From positions 93,218,519-93,282,518 of the forward strand of contig NC_068981.1 of NCBI RefSeq assembly GCF_001194135.2: a stretch of 64,000 nucleotides of DNA, read 5' to 3'. The translations under genes were made by a program, and so were the position numbers. Below are positions 28,307 through 41,865 of the stretch, one piece after another. Below the pieces are notes generated by a model that was not told the DNA's origin, ran no database searches, and saw only the letters and a list, made by a program, of their open reading frames with translations. This stretch comes from Octopus bimaculoides. Its lineage: Eukaryota. Each line of letters begins with the position of its first letter. The stretch's first letter is position 1.

Positions 28307-28345
28307 GTTTTTTTTATTATCATCATCATTATTACTATTACTATT
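28238..28345. repeat. (TAA)n/(TTA)n microsatellite
   Basis: Direct observation. Confidence 0.95.
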
Positions 28346-28872
28346 ATTGTGGCTTTTGTTGGTTTTGTTCGTGTTGTTGCTTGAGGTGTGCAGCCGTATC
28401 TGTCATAGCTCTGTGCAAAAATGTAGATTTACAGTGTGTAATATGAATGAATAACTAGCTTGAAGTAAAATGAAATTTCAGTTGTTAGATGTGTTTTCCG
28501 TATTATATAATTTCGTTAACAATGGTAACTGCTTATTTAATATGACTTTTATTCCGTTTATTCTTCGTCTGGGTCGGGGATAAGTGATGCTAACCATAAG
28601 TACAGAGGCAATGCATATTAATTCAAGAACAACGAGAATGTTAAATAAATTTACAAACAAAAGCACAGGTTTTAATAGTGATTACAAAGAAGAATGAAAA
28701 CCATGACGATCAACCAGGTACATGTATAAGCACTAACAATTACATGTAAAATAAAGAGAAACACAATTCCACTATCGAACGGAAAGTTTCGAAGTACAAA
28801 CGTCTTCGCCGGTTAAATTAGTAAGCAGTTATCAATGAAAGACGGTCCGGTGCGGTTTACATATACATACAG

Positions 28873-29002
28873 ATCTTCATACTCTTCTGTTGACCAGAAG
28901 GCTAATCTGAATTTGGCTACTGTTGAGGACGCAGAACTGAATGCAATTATATTGCAATGCAGGGCATTAAATTCTACTTACATAGCAGTAAATTCCAATA
29001 AG
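28873..29002 (+). CDS. Candidate internal coding exon of an unidentified gene
   Basis: tacag| acceptor and AAG|gtaaat donor. One open frame: SSYSSVDQKANLNLATVEDAELNAIILQCRALNSTYIAVNSNK. Weak pyrimidine tract; no recognised homology. Confidence 0.2.
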
Positions 29003-30099
29003 GTAAATGGACACAAATGATGCCCACTCTAAAGGTTAATTCTTAAAAGATATATTAGCTTTGCACTGCCCGAAAAGAAGTGCTTTTACTTTTGAGCGTA
29101 CATTATATTTCATAATATATGGAACTAACTTGAACGGAATGGAAATCACGGATGAGTTATAGAAAAACATTTAGAGAATGTAAAACAAAGGAAAGTAAAC
29201 TACTTTAGAGAATATGGAAGGATTTATATTAGGCTATTAAATAATCTCTGAAACAGATATAGAACAACTCACACAAATAATGCACACCGAAAATAAGCAA
29301 AAAAATAACAACCACAGAAGTAAATGAGCTCCCACAGAAAAACAACAAGATTCACAGTTATACCATACACATCACACATATCACTTCCCAAAAAGGGAAA
29401 TATCACAATAGAAATGAGAAAACGTGCAATAAATGGGCTTGCAAAGGAATTATCACAGACCTACAAAAACGGTAGGGGAACGATCTATCACAGAACAACA
29501 AAACAGACGCATAAAATACAAAACTGCTCAATAACCTTCTACATCAGAAAGGCAGCAACCAACCAAATATACAGTTTCAAAAGAATATAACCTCTGTGGT
29601 ATACATAGCAGTAAACAGAACAGACAAAAGCCAATTAAGTGTCCTCTACGTGGCCACTCAACTTTCACAAAATTGCAGTTAAACTTCTCCTCATGCCACA
29701 CTACCACATTCAAATGGGAAGGAAGCATTGAGTAATGTATTTCTTGATATAGAAATAGATAGTATAGTTAACGCTTCAATGCTTTTGAACAATATTTTTC
29801 TAGATCACAAGTGATTAGACACAAAACAACATCGGTAACAAATAAAAATACGTGTTAACTCAGAATAATCTTAAATGTCAAGAAAACCCACCAGTGACTC
29901 GAAATAAAACTGTCTCAGCATGAATATACTCGGCTATGATACCTGTCAATGAGATAAATTAGGTAGGATTAGAATAAGAGCGACTTCAGCGAAAGGCACC
30001 AAATAGCAATGAACAGAAAATATTCTATAAAATTAAGAAATTAATTTGAGACATAGAAACGGAAATGAAATGAAAAAAAGATAACATTAACTAAAACGA

Positions 30100-30341
30100 A
30101 GTCATCCTTGAAAATAATGAAACGCATACGATATTTGCAAAATCAAAAGGTATCGACTGCTTTGAAAATATGGCAAATATGTCTAAGGTCTTTTGATACT
30201 TCATGGCGATACTATTACTGGAATTATTCAATTGCGGGAAACGGTTCTTCAGCACGTAGATTATTGAACAGGAAAAGAAATTCAAATTAGAAACAAATAA
30301 AATATTTGTTCAAATCACAGTCAAAAAATGATGAAAGTAAG
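30100..30341 (-). mobile_element. hAT transposase fragment (second, short copy)
   Basis: 30195-30341 is a direct degenerate match to 33027-33174 inside the larger hAT remnant. Translation includes VLKNRFPQLNN. Confidence 0.55.
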
Positions 30342-32739
30342 ATATTTGCAAGACCAAAAGGTATTGAATGCTTTGAGAATATGACAAGCCTATACAAGTA
30401 AATTAATCGCTAAATTAGATGACATATCAACATATAGCCTGGGTTTGGTGCCTCGACAGGGTGATGCACTGTATCCTTTATCTAAACAATTCCTTTCTCG
30501 TTGCTTCAGTGCATGCAGCTAAGCATATCATAGACGTCCCTCTGGGTCCAGTTTACGAGAGCCTAGATAGTATCTATATCTTCTCTCGGCCTTATAGGCA
30601 TGTAAAACAATTAGCTAGACTATGTGACATACTAACAAGTAATTGTCGTCACTGATTGACTGCTATCGTTTTAGATTTATAATGGATAGCACCTAGCTAT
30701 GAACAAATTACGAGAATTTGACCGAAATATAAACAATCAGTATGTGGTTATATGTATGTCAAAGATGAGAACAAGCAAAATAATGAAATCAGAGGACAGC
30801 AAATATGATCCAGACACCGACATTTGAGGTTAATGACCCAAACAAATACGGAGATGTAGATGAAAATGATACAACATAGAAAACAAGAATAAAATTAGAA
30901 ATTGAACTGCAGACAACCAGACTATTATAACAAATTCAATTCCCAAAGTATGATAATAGAGATATAAATATCATTTCAGTCATAACCTTCAGCTTCGGAA
31001 TAATAAACTGAAAGATATGTAGACTTTAAGAGCTTCGATAGGAAATCTAGAAAGCTACATACACTCTTCAAAAGTTGAAATCTAAAATCTAAGTGCATTG
31101 AATATACCAAACCTTAAAGAAAATTATGCAATGTGTTTGGAGTACTCCTTAATGCAGAGCAAAACAAACCAGATTAGATTAGTGTTATGAAGGAGCAAAA
31201 AAAGTTATTTCTATACAAAGGATAAAGTCTGGTTTAAAACAATGATTAAAAAAATAACTCCATAGAATTGAACTGTGAATTGCACGCAAAGAAAAAAAAT
31301 TGAATTTATTATCTCTGTTAGCCATGTGCCTAGAAATATGACTATTCATATTTCTAGAGACATTGATCTAAAATTATTCCAAGTAAGTAAGTATATCAGA
31401 ATAGAGTGATAGCTATTGTTGGTCAATAGAATTCTGCTAATTGTTAATGACTTAATTTCAAACTAGGTTGCCTTGTTCGAATGATGGTATCTGATGTGCC
31501 ACACATCTGCCACGCCAAACGCACAAATTTCACCTCAGTCTCAGAAAATTTACTGACTGATAGCTTTCTCCCATTCCATCCTCACTTTTCTTTTGTAACG
31601 TTACTTAATATAGTTGTTAATTGAATAACACAGGAAGCAATTTACTTTCTTCAGTATTACCCTTTACGTCTACCATAAAGATCTTATTATGACAAAAATA
31701 TCTTTAAGATGGTCCTTATCAAATTTATGGGCCTGAAATTGACAATGATGTACTGCTTTCTCACATTTCTCTTCAACAGCTTTCCCGATCCTTGCATTAG
31801 CTTGCTTCCACAATAGGTAATGCTCACTAGCTTCTATAGGCTATTTATTTTAGAACTCTGACAAAATATTTGCAAATAAATAAGAGATGTGAGCATAAGT
31901 TTTGTAGGACAATTTACCTTTCTTACAACCAATCCGTGCCTCCCACGTCTGTGCTGACGTTATCAAGTTTTAGCAGCCCCTTACCTTTCACTGGGATATT
32001 TGATGCTTAGGTGGGCACTGAAATTCTCCATCTCTTGCGGAAGGCTTCTCCATTCAATCAGACAAATACGGCTGAATGTGTACAGCCCACCACCATCAAT
32101 ACTCATCAAAGATTTGATTATGAGTGCATAGCTATTTTACCTCACATTTCCTATCGGTTTATCATACTTAATATAAGAATATATTTAATATACCTTTTTA
32201 TCCACCAACTAAAACTAAAAAACAGAATGTTTCCAAAATTATTTACGGATCGTTTCATACTGGTACTATGTCAAGATATATTCTTATTTATTAAAAGAAT
32301 GTGTATTAATGTAATCTAAGAAGATCGTCTTTCCTCTGACAGCCAATCATATCCGGAAGAGCAGCACCATCTCATCTGACTGGATATAACGCTTAAATAT
32401 TACATTTAATAGTTACAAATAATACAAGTGTATACGGATCACACTCTCTTGATTCAATCGTAACTTGTACTAAGCCTTTCCATGAATGAACTATTTTACT
32501 TTCAATAACACAATCTCCCAAATTAACGTTAAAGAAGGCTAGTATTGTTTATAGCAATAGCTAAATACACGGCATTGTTAATATACCGGTAGCTTAACTA
32601 ACGAATTCGATTATTTTTACTCTGACTTCATTTGCAAACTAACTCTTCACGTTCACTTCAAATTAGAGAATAAATCAAATTTATTGTTTTACGATTACTT
32701 TACGAGCTATAGACTACGCACAACCATACCTTATAACAG

Positions 32740-34620
32740 TGTAGTACACATGCAGTATTGAAAATTATTATACAACGTAGCAATTCAACTCAAACATTCC
32801 CCTCCTGTAGTTAAGCGATGGCCATTCTTCACCGCTTCAACACGTCTAAACGCTTCAGTTTCTGGTAAACTTATAAAAGTTTCCAGTGTAATCATATTAT
32901 TTGGAAACATTCCAATTAATTCCCAAATTTGAATCACCTGCAAAGATTCTTTTGGCTTATCCTCCAATTCAATACTTAATGAATATATTCGCTGAAGAAA
33001 AAGAAGCACATGTATAAGGTGTGTTGATACTTCATGGAGATCGTATTACTGGAATTATTCAATTGTTGAAAATGGATTTTCAGCACGTAGGTTATTGAAC
33101 AGGCAAAGAAATTCAAATTAGAAATAAATAAAATATTTGTTCAAATCACAGTCAGAGGAATCGATGAAAGTAAGGAAAACATTTACTCTGTAGTCGTGCG
33201 CGATGTCAGAATCAGTTATGCTGTGCAACCAGTAGAGAATTCATATGAAATTCCAATGTTCTGTTCTAATGGTTGAGATTTTATCATGATTAAATCCATT
33301 GTTCTTGAGTTTCTTGAATATCATTCAAAACGCAGCCGCCATTATAGTTCCCAACGTCATACGTAAATTGACATGTTTTAATTTGTTAGAATTGTTTGGT
33401 GGATCATTGTCTAATCCCTTAACTATAAAGAAAACAAAAGGACACCTTAGATTGTAGTCTTGTACTTGAAATTGTTATTTAATTCAGTTCAGGCTAGTCT
33501 TGTAAGTTGTGGGTGATCAGAGTCAATTACTGCTTTTCCTACAAACTTTGTATGTTGATAGATTAGTTTAATTATCCTCATATATGCAGACCATCTAGTT
33601 CTGGACATTCTGTGCAAAGGAACGGAAAGATGTAACTTTAGAGTTGCCCAATTTTGTGCACACCTATTCAAAGTATTGCACTTATTTTGTATTATTTTTT
33701 TGTATATAAGATTTTTCTTAAGTATGACTCAGTGGTGGTTAGACAAACTATTGCTTAAGTTATTTCATCTAGAACTGCTTGTAATCTATTATGTCCCCAG
33801 AATTTTTTTGATGAATAATCACGTGCAATTCAATCTTGTGCAGTGCAAACTTGAAAATCTAATTTAAGATTCCTTGAACTGTACATATTTGAGAGAACTT
33901 TTTTCTTTCCGAAATGTCTTAGTATCAAATAAATGTATACTATATTCTATTAAAATCTTTGAATGATCTTGCTGACTGATCATAATGGTTTCTTCCTTGT
34001 GTAAATATTTCGGAGTAAAATCATCAATGATGAAATACCATTTGTCATTTCGTACCTCAACAAGTATTCTCATTTGCACAAATTTTGATCTGTGGAAGTC
34101 TTCCCTGGTTATGGATCTGCTGTAGGTATATAGTCGCAGCAGATAAAGTGAAATATTAATGGTCCCAATGTCAGCGGTTTTCCACGAACCGCAAATGGAC
34201 CATGAGCACTGGATTTTATTCAGCAATTGTGAAATATAAAAAAAAAAGACAATGAAGTCCTTCAATTCGTTTTCTACTGGCGTAAAAGGATAGTGATCTT
34301 GTCTTTTCATGTGAATTTCGTTTGATTCTACCATCGGGTCATTAATTCTGCTAAAAGAAAGTTACATTTATTGTGAAGCTCAGGTATGCCAAGAATCTTT
34401 CATTTTCAGTCACCAACATATTAGCTAGAACCAAACAAAAGGTAATTCATGGTCAAACCGAACTAAGATAACTTTGAGAAATCTTATAACTGCATATATC
34501 CAATTATTTGCTTTTGCATTTCTCAGATATCTCAAATGACGTTCCACTTGATGCGGTCTCAATGGCTGATTTCCAGTCAATGTAATTTTCTTTGTAAATT
34601 ACTCTATTCTTATATAACAG
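32740..34620 (-). mobile_element. Decayed hAT transposase (Tip100/ZMYM1-like)
   Basis: ILVEVRNDKWYFIIDDFTPKYLHKEE (first catalytic Asp region), LHRMSRTRWSAY, and MFPNNMITLETFISLP...HRLTTGGECLS (dimerisation domain), colinear on the minus strand. Confidence 0.75.
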
Positions 34621-34715
34621 TATTCAATTACATCCAAACACTATCAGATATATTATGAATTATTTGTACAAAGAGTGTGTACAGTACACATGCTGATTAT
34701 ATAGATTGCATGCTT

Positions 34716-34763
34716 TGGGTGATATTCCTATCGATGTTACTATTATTATTATTATTATTATTA

Positions 34764-34799
<36 letters not shown>

Positions 34800-35165
34800 T
34801 ATTAATCAGGTCGCTGCCGTGAATCGACCTCGGAAACTTGGGGTTAGTAGCCCGCGCTCTTAACCACTACGCCATATGCCCGTGGGCCATATGCCCACGG
34901 GCATATGGCGTAGTGGTTAAGAGCGCGGGCTACTAACCCCAAGGTTCCGAGTTCGATTCACGGCAGCGACCTGACTAATAATAGTAATAATAATAATAAT
35001 AATATAATAATAATAATAATAATATAATAATAGTAACATCGATAGGAATGAGAACCCAGGTTCGAAATTTCCCCAAGACACCTGACGAAGGCTGGAGGGT
35101 ATATCAGCCGAAACGTTGTGTTAACAACAAACAAGAGGAGGACGAATATCCGTCAAATGTAAATA
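34716..35165 (+). mobile_element. tRNA-headed, hammerhead-tailed element with fold-back inverted 5' arm
   Basis: Arms 34716-34887 and 34893-35058 are near reverse complements around a 5-nt spacer (catat). The + arm carries an A box (tggcgtagtgg 34906-34916), a B box (gagttcgattc 34949-34959), a (TAA)n linker and a hammerhead motif. Confidence 0.8.
35077..35122 (+). ncRNA. Minimal type-I hammerhead ribozyme motif
   Basis: Stem I gacac/gtgtt; core CUGACGA 35082-35088 followed by an extra A; stem II ggctg-gagggtatat-cagcc; GAAA 35110-35113; loopless palindromic stem III ACGU; predicted GUU cleavage after 35117. Confidence 0.72.
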
Positions 35166-35941
35166 ATATAGATATTTTTATTTTATATTATTTTGGTAAT
35201 AGTGGTAGTTTATTAAAAGTGAAATCGTTCTAATGGAATAAATGGAATAAATGCTGTGATAATTTATGTAATGAAGATATTATTCGTAACACAATGTTCA
35301 ACACAGAGACCCTACCATTTAAACCGGGCTTCTTTCTGGGGAAGAACTGAAATGTACCGGTACTATTCTATTCGTTTTTCCTCACAGCTGAACACATTTT
35401 CTGAGTGTCTTGTACACGCAATTTAATTTTGAGTAAGAGTTAGTTCAAGATGAGGATCTTTCAGAACGACCAACCTCTAGCAAAACACCAGAAAATGTGA
35501 CAATTTCCGAACAACATGACAACACTCTCACATCATTTAGAGTATTTACTAGAAGATTGTCACGAGAAACTTGAACTTGTATCGTTTACTGTGAAACACC
35601 AAAATCATGCTTTGAAATTATAGATTTGCAGCGTTGCTCATAAATTCTTCAGCCATTTTGAAATTTCAAGCCATTCTAAGGCAATGAGACCAAACCCCAC
35701 ATAGCTATTGAAAACAAAGAATTATCATGACGCCTGTTTGTAGATGATTCAGTACTTTGTCTACCGGTGAACGATCCTGCACACGAATTTCTGTTCAGTA
35801 GTACAATTATAGTATGTGCAGTCATGACACTTCCTGATAACAGATTACATATAGATATAGATATAAGTGTGAGTTTATGTGTGTGAGTGTGTGTATGCAT
35901 CTACGTAACAATATACATATGCGTGTGTGTTTATATATAGG

Positions 35942-35991
<50 letters not shown>

Positions 35992-36053
35992 AATCAAAAT
36001 AAGCAACACGGATTTTAAAGATGATTGCAGTACGCACGTTTCATGCTACTCCA

Positions 36054-36769
36054 TTTATTTAAGTAATGCGAGCATTACATTAAATGCAATATGTAGGGCA
36101 ATCTTCAGCTGCACGAAAATGCAGAAAATTACAGTAGAATAGACATATTATAATTGTGGCAATATTTCAAATCCAAGTGAGAAGAAGAATACATAAAAAT
36201 CCATCTTGACATAGTCAAGACTATCAGGCTAGTAATTGGTTCTAGGCAGAAATTCTAACATACCTCTTATCCTTAAAATATTGTTTAAACTAATATTGAT
36301 ATCTGTAAAACAATACTGATGCTCTATTCAGGCTAAAGAAAAAGCCTTGTTTGACCTATATGCTTAGGATTTAATACCTCAACATTTTGATAGTAGTAAA
36401 ACAAAACCAACCTATAAGAGTGTTGCCACTCTGACCAGAGAAACCTTTATAACCATATCCTTTATAGCCATGTCCATGCATAATGCTTACACCTTCCCTT
36501 TCCTTAGAAGTGATTGTCCCTTATAATATAACTACTAGATAAGAGACAATAAAATCAGAGGCAGTTAGAATTTCTGCCTAGAACCAATTACTAGCCTGAT
36601 AGCCTTGGCTATGTCAAGATGGATTTTTATGTATTCTTCTTCTCACTTGGATTTGAAATATTGCCACAATTATAATATGTCTATTCTACTGTAATTTTCT
36701 ACATTTTCGTGCAGCTGAAGATTGCTCTACATATTGCATTTAATGTAATGCTCGCATTACTTAAATAAA
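36054..36769. mobile_element. Foldback-type non-autonomous DNA element with ~206 bp inverted arms
   Basis: 36054-36259 is a near-perfect reverse complement of 36564-36769, with a ~305 bp spacer. The right end runs into an N-gap. Confidence 0.8.
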
Positions 36770-37149
36770 NNNNNNNNNNNNNNNNNNNNNNNNNNNNNNN
36801 NNNNNNNNNNNNNNNNNNNNNNNNNNNNNNNNNNNNNNNNNNNNNNNNNNNNNNNNNNNNNNNNNNNNNNNNNNNNNNNNNNNNNNNNNNNNNNNNNNNN
36901 NNNNNNNNNNNNNNNNNNNNNNNNNNNNNNNNNNNNNNNNNNNNNNNNNNNNNNNNNNNNNNNNNNNNNNNNNNNNNNNNNNNNNNNNTATATATATATA
37001 TATATATATATATATGCATATACGCATCCATACGTCTACATACATATATATGTAAGTACATACATATATGCATGCATACGTACGTACATAAATACATACA
37101 TACATACATGCATACAAAGATACGTACATCTACACGTAGTGCAATGTGA

Positions 37150-37900
37150 TGCCACATGGTTTCGCAGACCTGCTCCTTTATGATGTAGTCCAAGTACTTA
37201 TACGTGAGATGTTGCAGCAGCATCTTTTTCCCCATTAATTGTAACGTTGCCTGTATTTTTGCAGTAAAATTATTTGTTTTGCAGTAACCAGAGTGTGTAA
37301 AAATCATCGAAGTATTTCCCGTCTCTGTTGTTCATATTTATTACGTTTATCTGAAATGCTTCAGTAACTGTAGTTTCCTGTACTACTATACAGGCACCTA
37401 TTGTGATGATATCGACAGACGTTTGTAATGCTTTAGATATATTATACCTGATATCCATTACATCTTGATGGATACTATATCAATGTGTCCAATTCAGTCG
37501 ACCCCCTCAGTATCTCCTTCTGTCAGCACATAGCTGTCATCAGAAAATTTCAGATTGTGATGTTCTCCCCTCTACTACAAACAGTGCCCACTTAGACCTG
37601 TAGGGTATTACACATGATCTGCTTCTTGAAAACGTTGACGAGGGTAGAGTTAAAGAGGATAGCCCAGGTAATTCTTTATGGCTGGCATGCAGCTCTATAG
37701 TTCATACCGTAGATGAACATTATAATTTAACCTTGAGCAACAAACGAAATTTCGCAACAAAAGTGATGTAAGAGAGAAGTAACTATCTAAATTCATCCCA
37801 CTGCATGATGTAATGCTGGATACTTGTTATAGACATGGAGGTCCCTCCAGTGTTAGCGCACGAAACTCTTCCAAGGAAGATTTTGAATGCAAGAAGGTAG
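37150..37900 (-). mobile_element. Possible decayed non-LTR RT fragment
   Basis: LTYKYLDYIIKEQVCETM resembles the YKYLG motif of R4/RTE-type RTs. The rest is too degenerate to assign. Confidence 0.3.
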
Positions 37901-38459
37901 AGAAATCTGAAATCTCATAGATAAAATATTTCCACACTTGCTGGAAATATATAAGGTACTTCCAATACAACAGAAAATATATAACCTAAACAAATGGCAA
38001 CACGTAATCAGTTTTATCGCAGTTGCTCTTGGCTTGAAAACTATTTTAAAATAACATCATTGACTTGATACCAAAGAACTATAATTCTCTGCGGAAATGC
38101 ATTAAAATCCCAAGTAATTGTGTTGAAATAACTGTTGAATGAGAAAACATTACATCGGTTAAGAAAGTGTTTAAAATATCTATCCGATAATTGGCACAGC
38201 TGGAATCATAAACACTAATACCTATGAGGAAATGTCCGTTTTAACTTTAAGTATACACAGAAAAGTTTAGAATTATATACTGCAGGCAACTGTGAATGTC
38301 ATTATAGCACACACATGTGGTGATGTTGAATATGTTATAAACCTTTGAACTTTACACATAGCTGACCTTACATAACGTTATTCATACTCATTTTTCAAGG
38401 CAAAGCTAATTCCTTTTTTTTTATAAAAAAATATTATTGCATTTATCAAACATCTATGT

Positions 38460-38489
38460 AATTATTATTATTATTATCATTATTATTAC

Positions 38490-38532
<43 letters not shown>

Positions 38533-38533
38533 A

Positions 38534-38595
<62 letters not shown>

Positions 38596-38736
38596 AAGAC
38601 AAGAGGAAGAAAGGGGAGCAGGAGGGGGAAGAGGAGGAGGAGGGGAAGAAGAAGAAGAAGAAGAAGAAGAAGAAGAAGAAGAAGAAGAAGAAGAAGAAGA
38701 AGAAGAAGAAGAAGAAGAAGAAGAAGAAGAAGAAGA
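38460..38736. repeat. Compound (TTA)n-(TAA)n-(GGA/GAA)n microsatellite
   Basis: Direct observation. It explains the poly-I/N/R/E ORFs. Confidence 0.95.
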
Positions 38737-38744
38737 GATTATCT

Positions 38745-39340
38745 TTAATCGGCAGTGCGGTTTACTACAAAGGAATCACCGAAGATCTCATAACGTCAGA
38801 GCACGTCTGCGTGTCATCTAGCTCACCATTTCCATTTCTCTACGTAGAGGTTATTGAAAGCAAGTAACCATTTGAACGAGTTGTTTCTACAGAAAACGAA
38901 ATACAGTGACTCTCCAATGAAATGACATGTAAGCTAGTACAAGCTGCGATAGGCGTGTTGTAATAGATGACAGTGGTAATGCAGTCATTCGCCATTTCTG
39001 CCCAACCTTTCAGGAAGAGCATCGTCTCTGACTATTTCTGGCTGAGACCGAACACTCTGCTTGTCACTGCATCTTGTTTCTTGACTGCCTGAAAATATAG
39101 GCCAACAAGGTATTTTACCAATCATCTGTCCAACACATCATGTCACAATGGGACAGCATGGAGTTCTCTCTTCAGAACCTAGCTGCACTGACTTTTCTTG
39201 GTTAATTTTGGATCCATTCGTACTCCTTATAACTTTGCCGATCACCGTTGATGAGCCTCGTATCCAACACTAGTACAGATCTTCGACATCATAATTTGCG
39301 CGGAAGCCCCTCAAATTTCGAGTGACGTAAGGGAAGCATA
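38745..39340 (-). mobile_element. Decayed Tx1/L1-like LINE, post-RT region
   Basis: NGSKINQEKSVQLGS (cf. GAKIN.EKS..L.LG) and LFLKGWAEMANDCITTVIYY (cf. LSLKGRA.V.N..I...I.Y). Confidence 0.6.
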
Positions 39341-40926
39341 TAGATATTGAAACTGGAAAATTACAAAAATACTGCATATAAGATATTTTAATAGATATAT
39401 ACTTCTTAGAGAAGGAGGCTATTTGTTGTATTACATACCTTTTTACTCAAATAATATCCTTTCTGCCGTTGACTAAATAAGACATGTAACGTAATTTCCT
39501 CAACCTAGTAGATTATATGCCTCCATGAAATATCAATTATATACATATTTAAGATATTTGAAACAATCACAGTTTCGGAACGAGTAGATGGTGACACTTT
39601 GAAGAAATTAATTACTTTCAATGACCCAGTGTCACTTAACTGAAATTGTAAAATAATGACAACTTATCTGTATAATGTATGCATCTATCTTCAGGGACAG
39701 AGTTTAATTAACCATTCACTTCAAACATCAGTTGTACTTCATTGAATCGAATTAAGGTTTAATTATTAAATTTTGTGAAGATATTAGTCACTTATTCCTA
39801 TCTTCTAATCCATTCTAATAATTGAAACATGATGCTTTTAAAATGATAATCAATTCAATTTAGTTTCTTCATTTTCATGTTATGCTCGTTTTATTGCATT
39901 TCCCATTACTTATGTTAAATTTATTTTATTTATTGTTATTATATTTTGACATTCATTCGATATTCCATCTTTATTTTGTTTATTTAATCTGAACTTTACC
40001 GCATTATTTTATTGAATTATCTAAGCTACCGAGATAAGTTTGAGGGGATAGCATTCATCAATTTAATCTAATTCCTTTTATTTATAGTAATATATTTCAA
40101 GAATTATAGTCCTTAGATACTGACTGGGGCAACAGATTCCTTTTTGATAGACATGTACGGTTGAGCAGCTTTCGACATTTCAAATTCTATTATGTAATTG
40201 AGTTTGTAGCACTTATTCCTCGCGTTAGAACTTCTTTGGCATTGCAATTTTGTTTCGCGGAATAAGTATTTTACGTTAAAATGTATGTAAAACATCGAAA
40301 TGATATGTTTCTTTTCTGTTATGGTTTCTTTTTTATTGTATAGATGGATGCTTCAGTAACAGATTTGATTATGTGCTTTTCAGCATTCCATTTCGCCCAG
40401 TTCGAATCTAAGTTAAAATCTGCCCTTTAAGTTAATTAGTGGTAACTCAATTGACAATAGAATATTCCTAAAATAACAATGGGCATTGTTACTTGCCAAA
40501 AAGAAAATATAATGTACGTAAGAATTGCATATAATGTTGCGGCAATGAGAGATAGCATCTAAAGCGTTGATCATTCCTTGATAAATTAATTACATTTCGT
40601 AAGAAATGTTATGTATTTCCTCTCCTCACAGAAATAGCATACGGTTTTAAACCTTTTATTTTTGTTTATTGTTTATCAGTTGTATCGAAGCAGGCATTAA
40701 TGAATCTCCCGAAAAGCTCCTGAAGAAATAACTCGTTTCTACCTAAGTGAGTATTTATAAATGTCACCTACATACGTATCCTTCCAAGTATGTGTGGTCG
40801 AATCGTACGAAAATCGACAAGAGCTTAAACCATCAGGAGAGCTTAAACCACAAGGTAGTTCATCAATAGGTGAATTAAAGGAGAAATTATAGCAGGTAAC
40901 AAACTTCATTATAAACAGATGATAAT

Positions 40927-41140
40927 GCAGCGAGCTGGCAGAGTCGTTAGCACTCCGTGCAAAGAACTTAGTGGTATTTCGTCCGTCTTTATATTCTGAG
41001 TTCAAATTCCGCCGCGGTCGACTTAGCCTTTCATTCTTTTGGAATCGATAAAATAAGTAACAGCAACGAGCACTGGAATTGACGCAATCGACTTAACGCT
41101 TCCCCGCGAACATGCCAGCTTTCTGCCAAAATTTGAAACC
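40927..41140 (+). mobile_element. tRNA-derived SINE family A, near full length
   Basis: gcagcgagctggcagagtcgttagcactccg...ctgagttcaaattccgccgcggtcgact...ccaaaatttgaaacc, with a B-box-like gagttcaaattc. Confidence 0.85.
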
Positions 41141-41784
41141 GTTATCAATCAGTTATAAATATTTGAATTTTGCCTGTCTTTATTCTGAAATCACATCTAC
41201 TCAAGGTCATTATGGAATTTCATTTCCCAGCGAACGATGAATTAACTGATAGAGCTCTTCGCTCTGTCTAAATTTTGCGTGTATTGAAACATTTTGGTTC
41301 CCGCGTTTTGGTATTGCATACACACTACATGTGGAGAGTGTTTTTCTATATAATATCTCATACTTCTTTTGGCAATCTCTTATAATCCAAAAGAAATTTA
41401 GCTGTTTACCAGCATGAAACGGTTTACCAGCATGAATAAACTACATACATTCTCCACTCATGTTTACGTGATGCAAACAGACTAAAGATTACTTTGAGAG
41501 TAAATATAGAAAAGGTTACAAATATATTAATGAACTTTCAATTTTCTTCCGTTAATACTCCTTTTTATAAACATATGAAACAACTGAAGAATGTATAAGA
41601 AAGACGATTCTTGACGGAAATTGCATTTAGAAATGAGGCTGACTGAAATATTATGTTCACATAAATTTAAGATGTTTTCAATCATCGCTTGCTTCCTTCA
41701 TTCGCTAGTTTCTCTCTAATCTAAAAGACTTTCTCTCTACATGTATATTCATTTTTCTCTTCTTCCTATTTCTTCTATGCCAAT

Positions 41785-41865
<81 letters not shown>

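Noticed and set aside
31358-31382. 25-nt + strand exon candidate (tttctag| ... |gtaagt)
   Set aside because: The donor lies in a (GTAA)n repeat within probable TE debris and the length is not frame-preserving.
34899-34974. tRNA gene (anticodon-loop-like CTACTAA)
   Set aside because: The acceptor stem does not pair and the D and anticodon stems are broken. It is a repeat head, not a functional tRNA.
37510-37545. Minus-strand CUGAUGA-cagc/gctg stem
   Set aside because: It is not followed by GAAA, so the core is incomplete.
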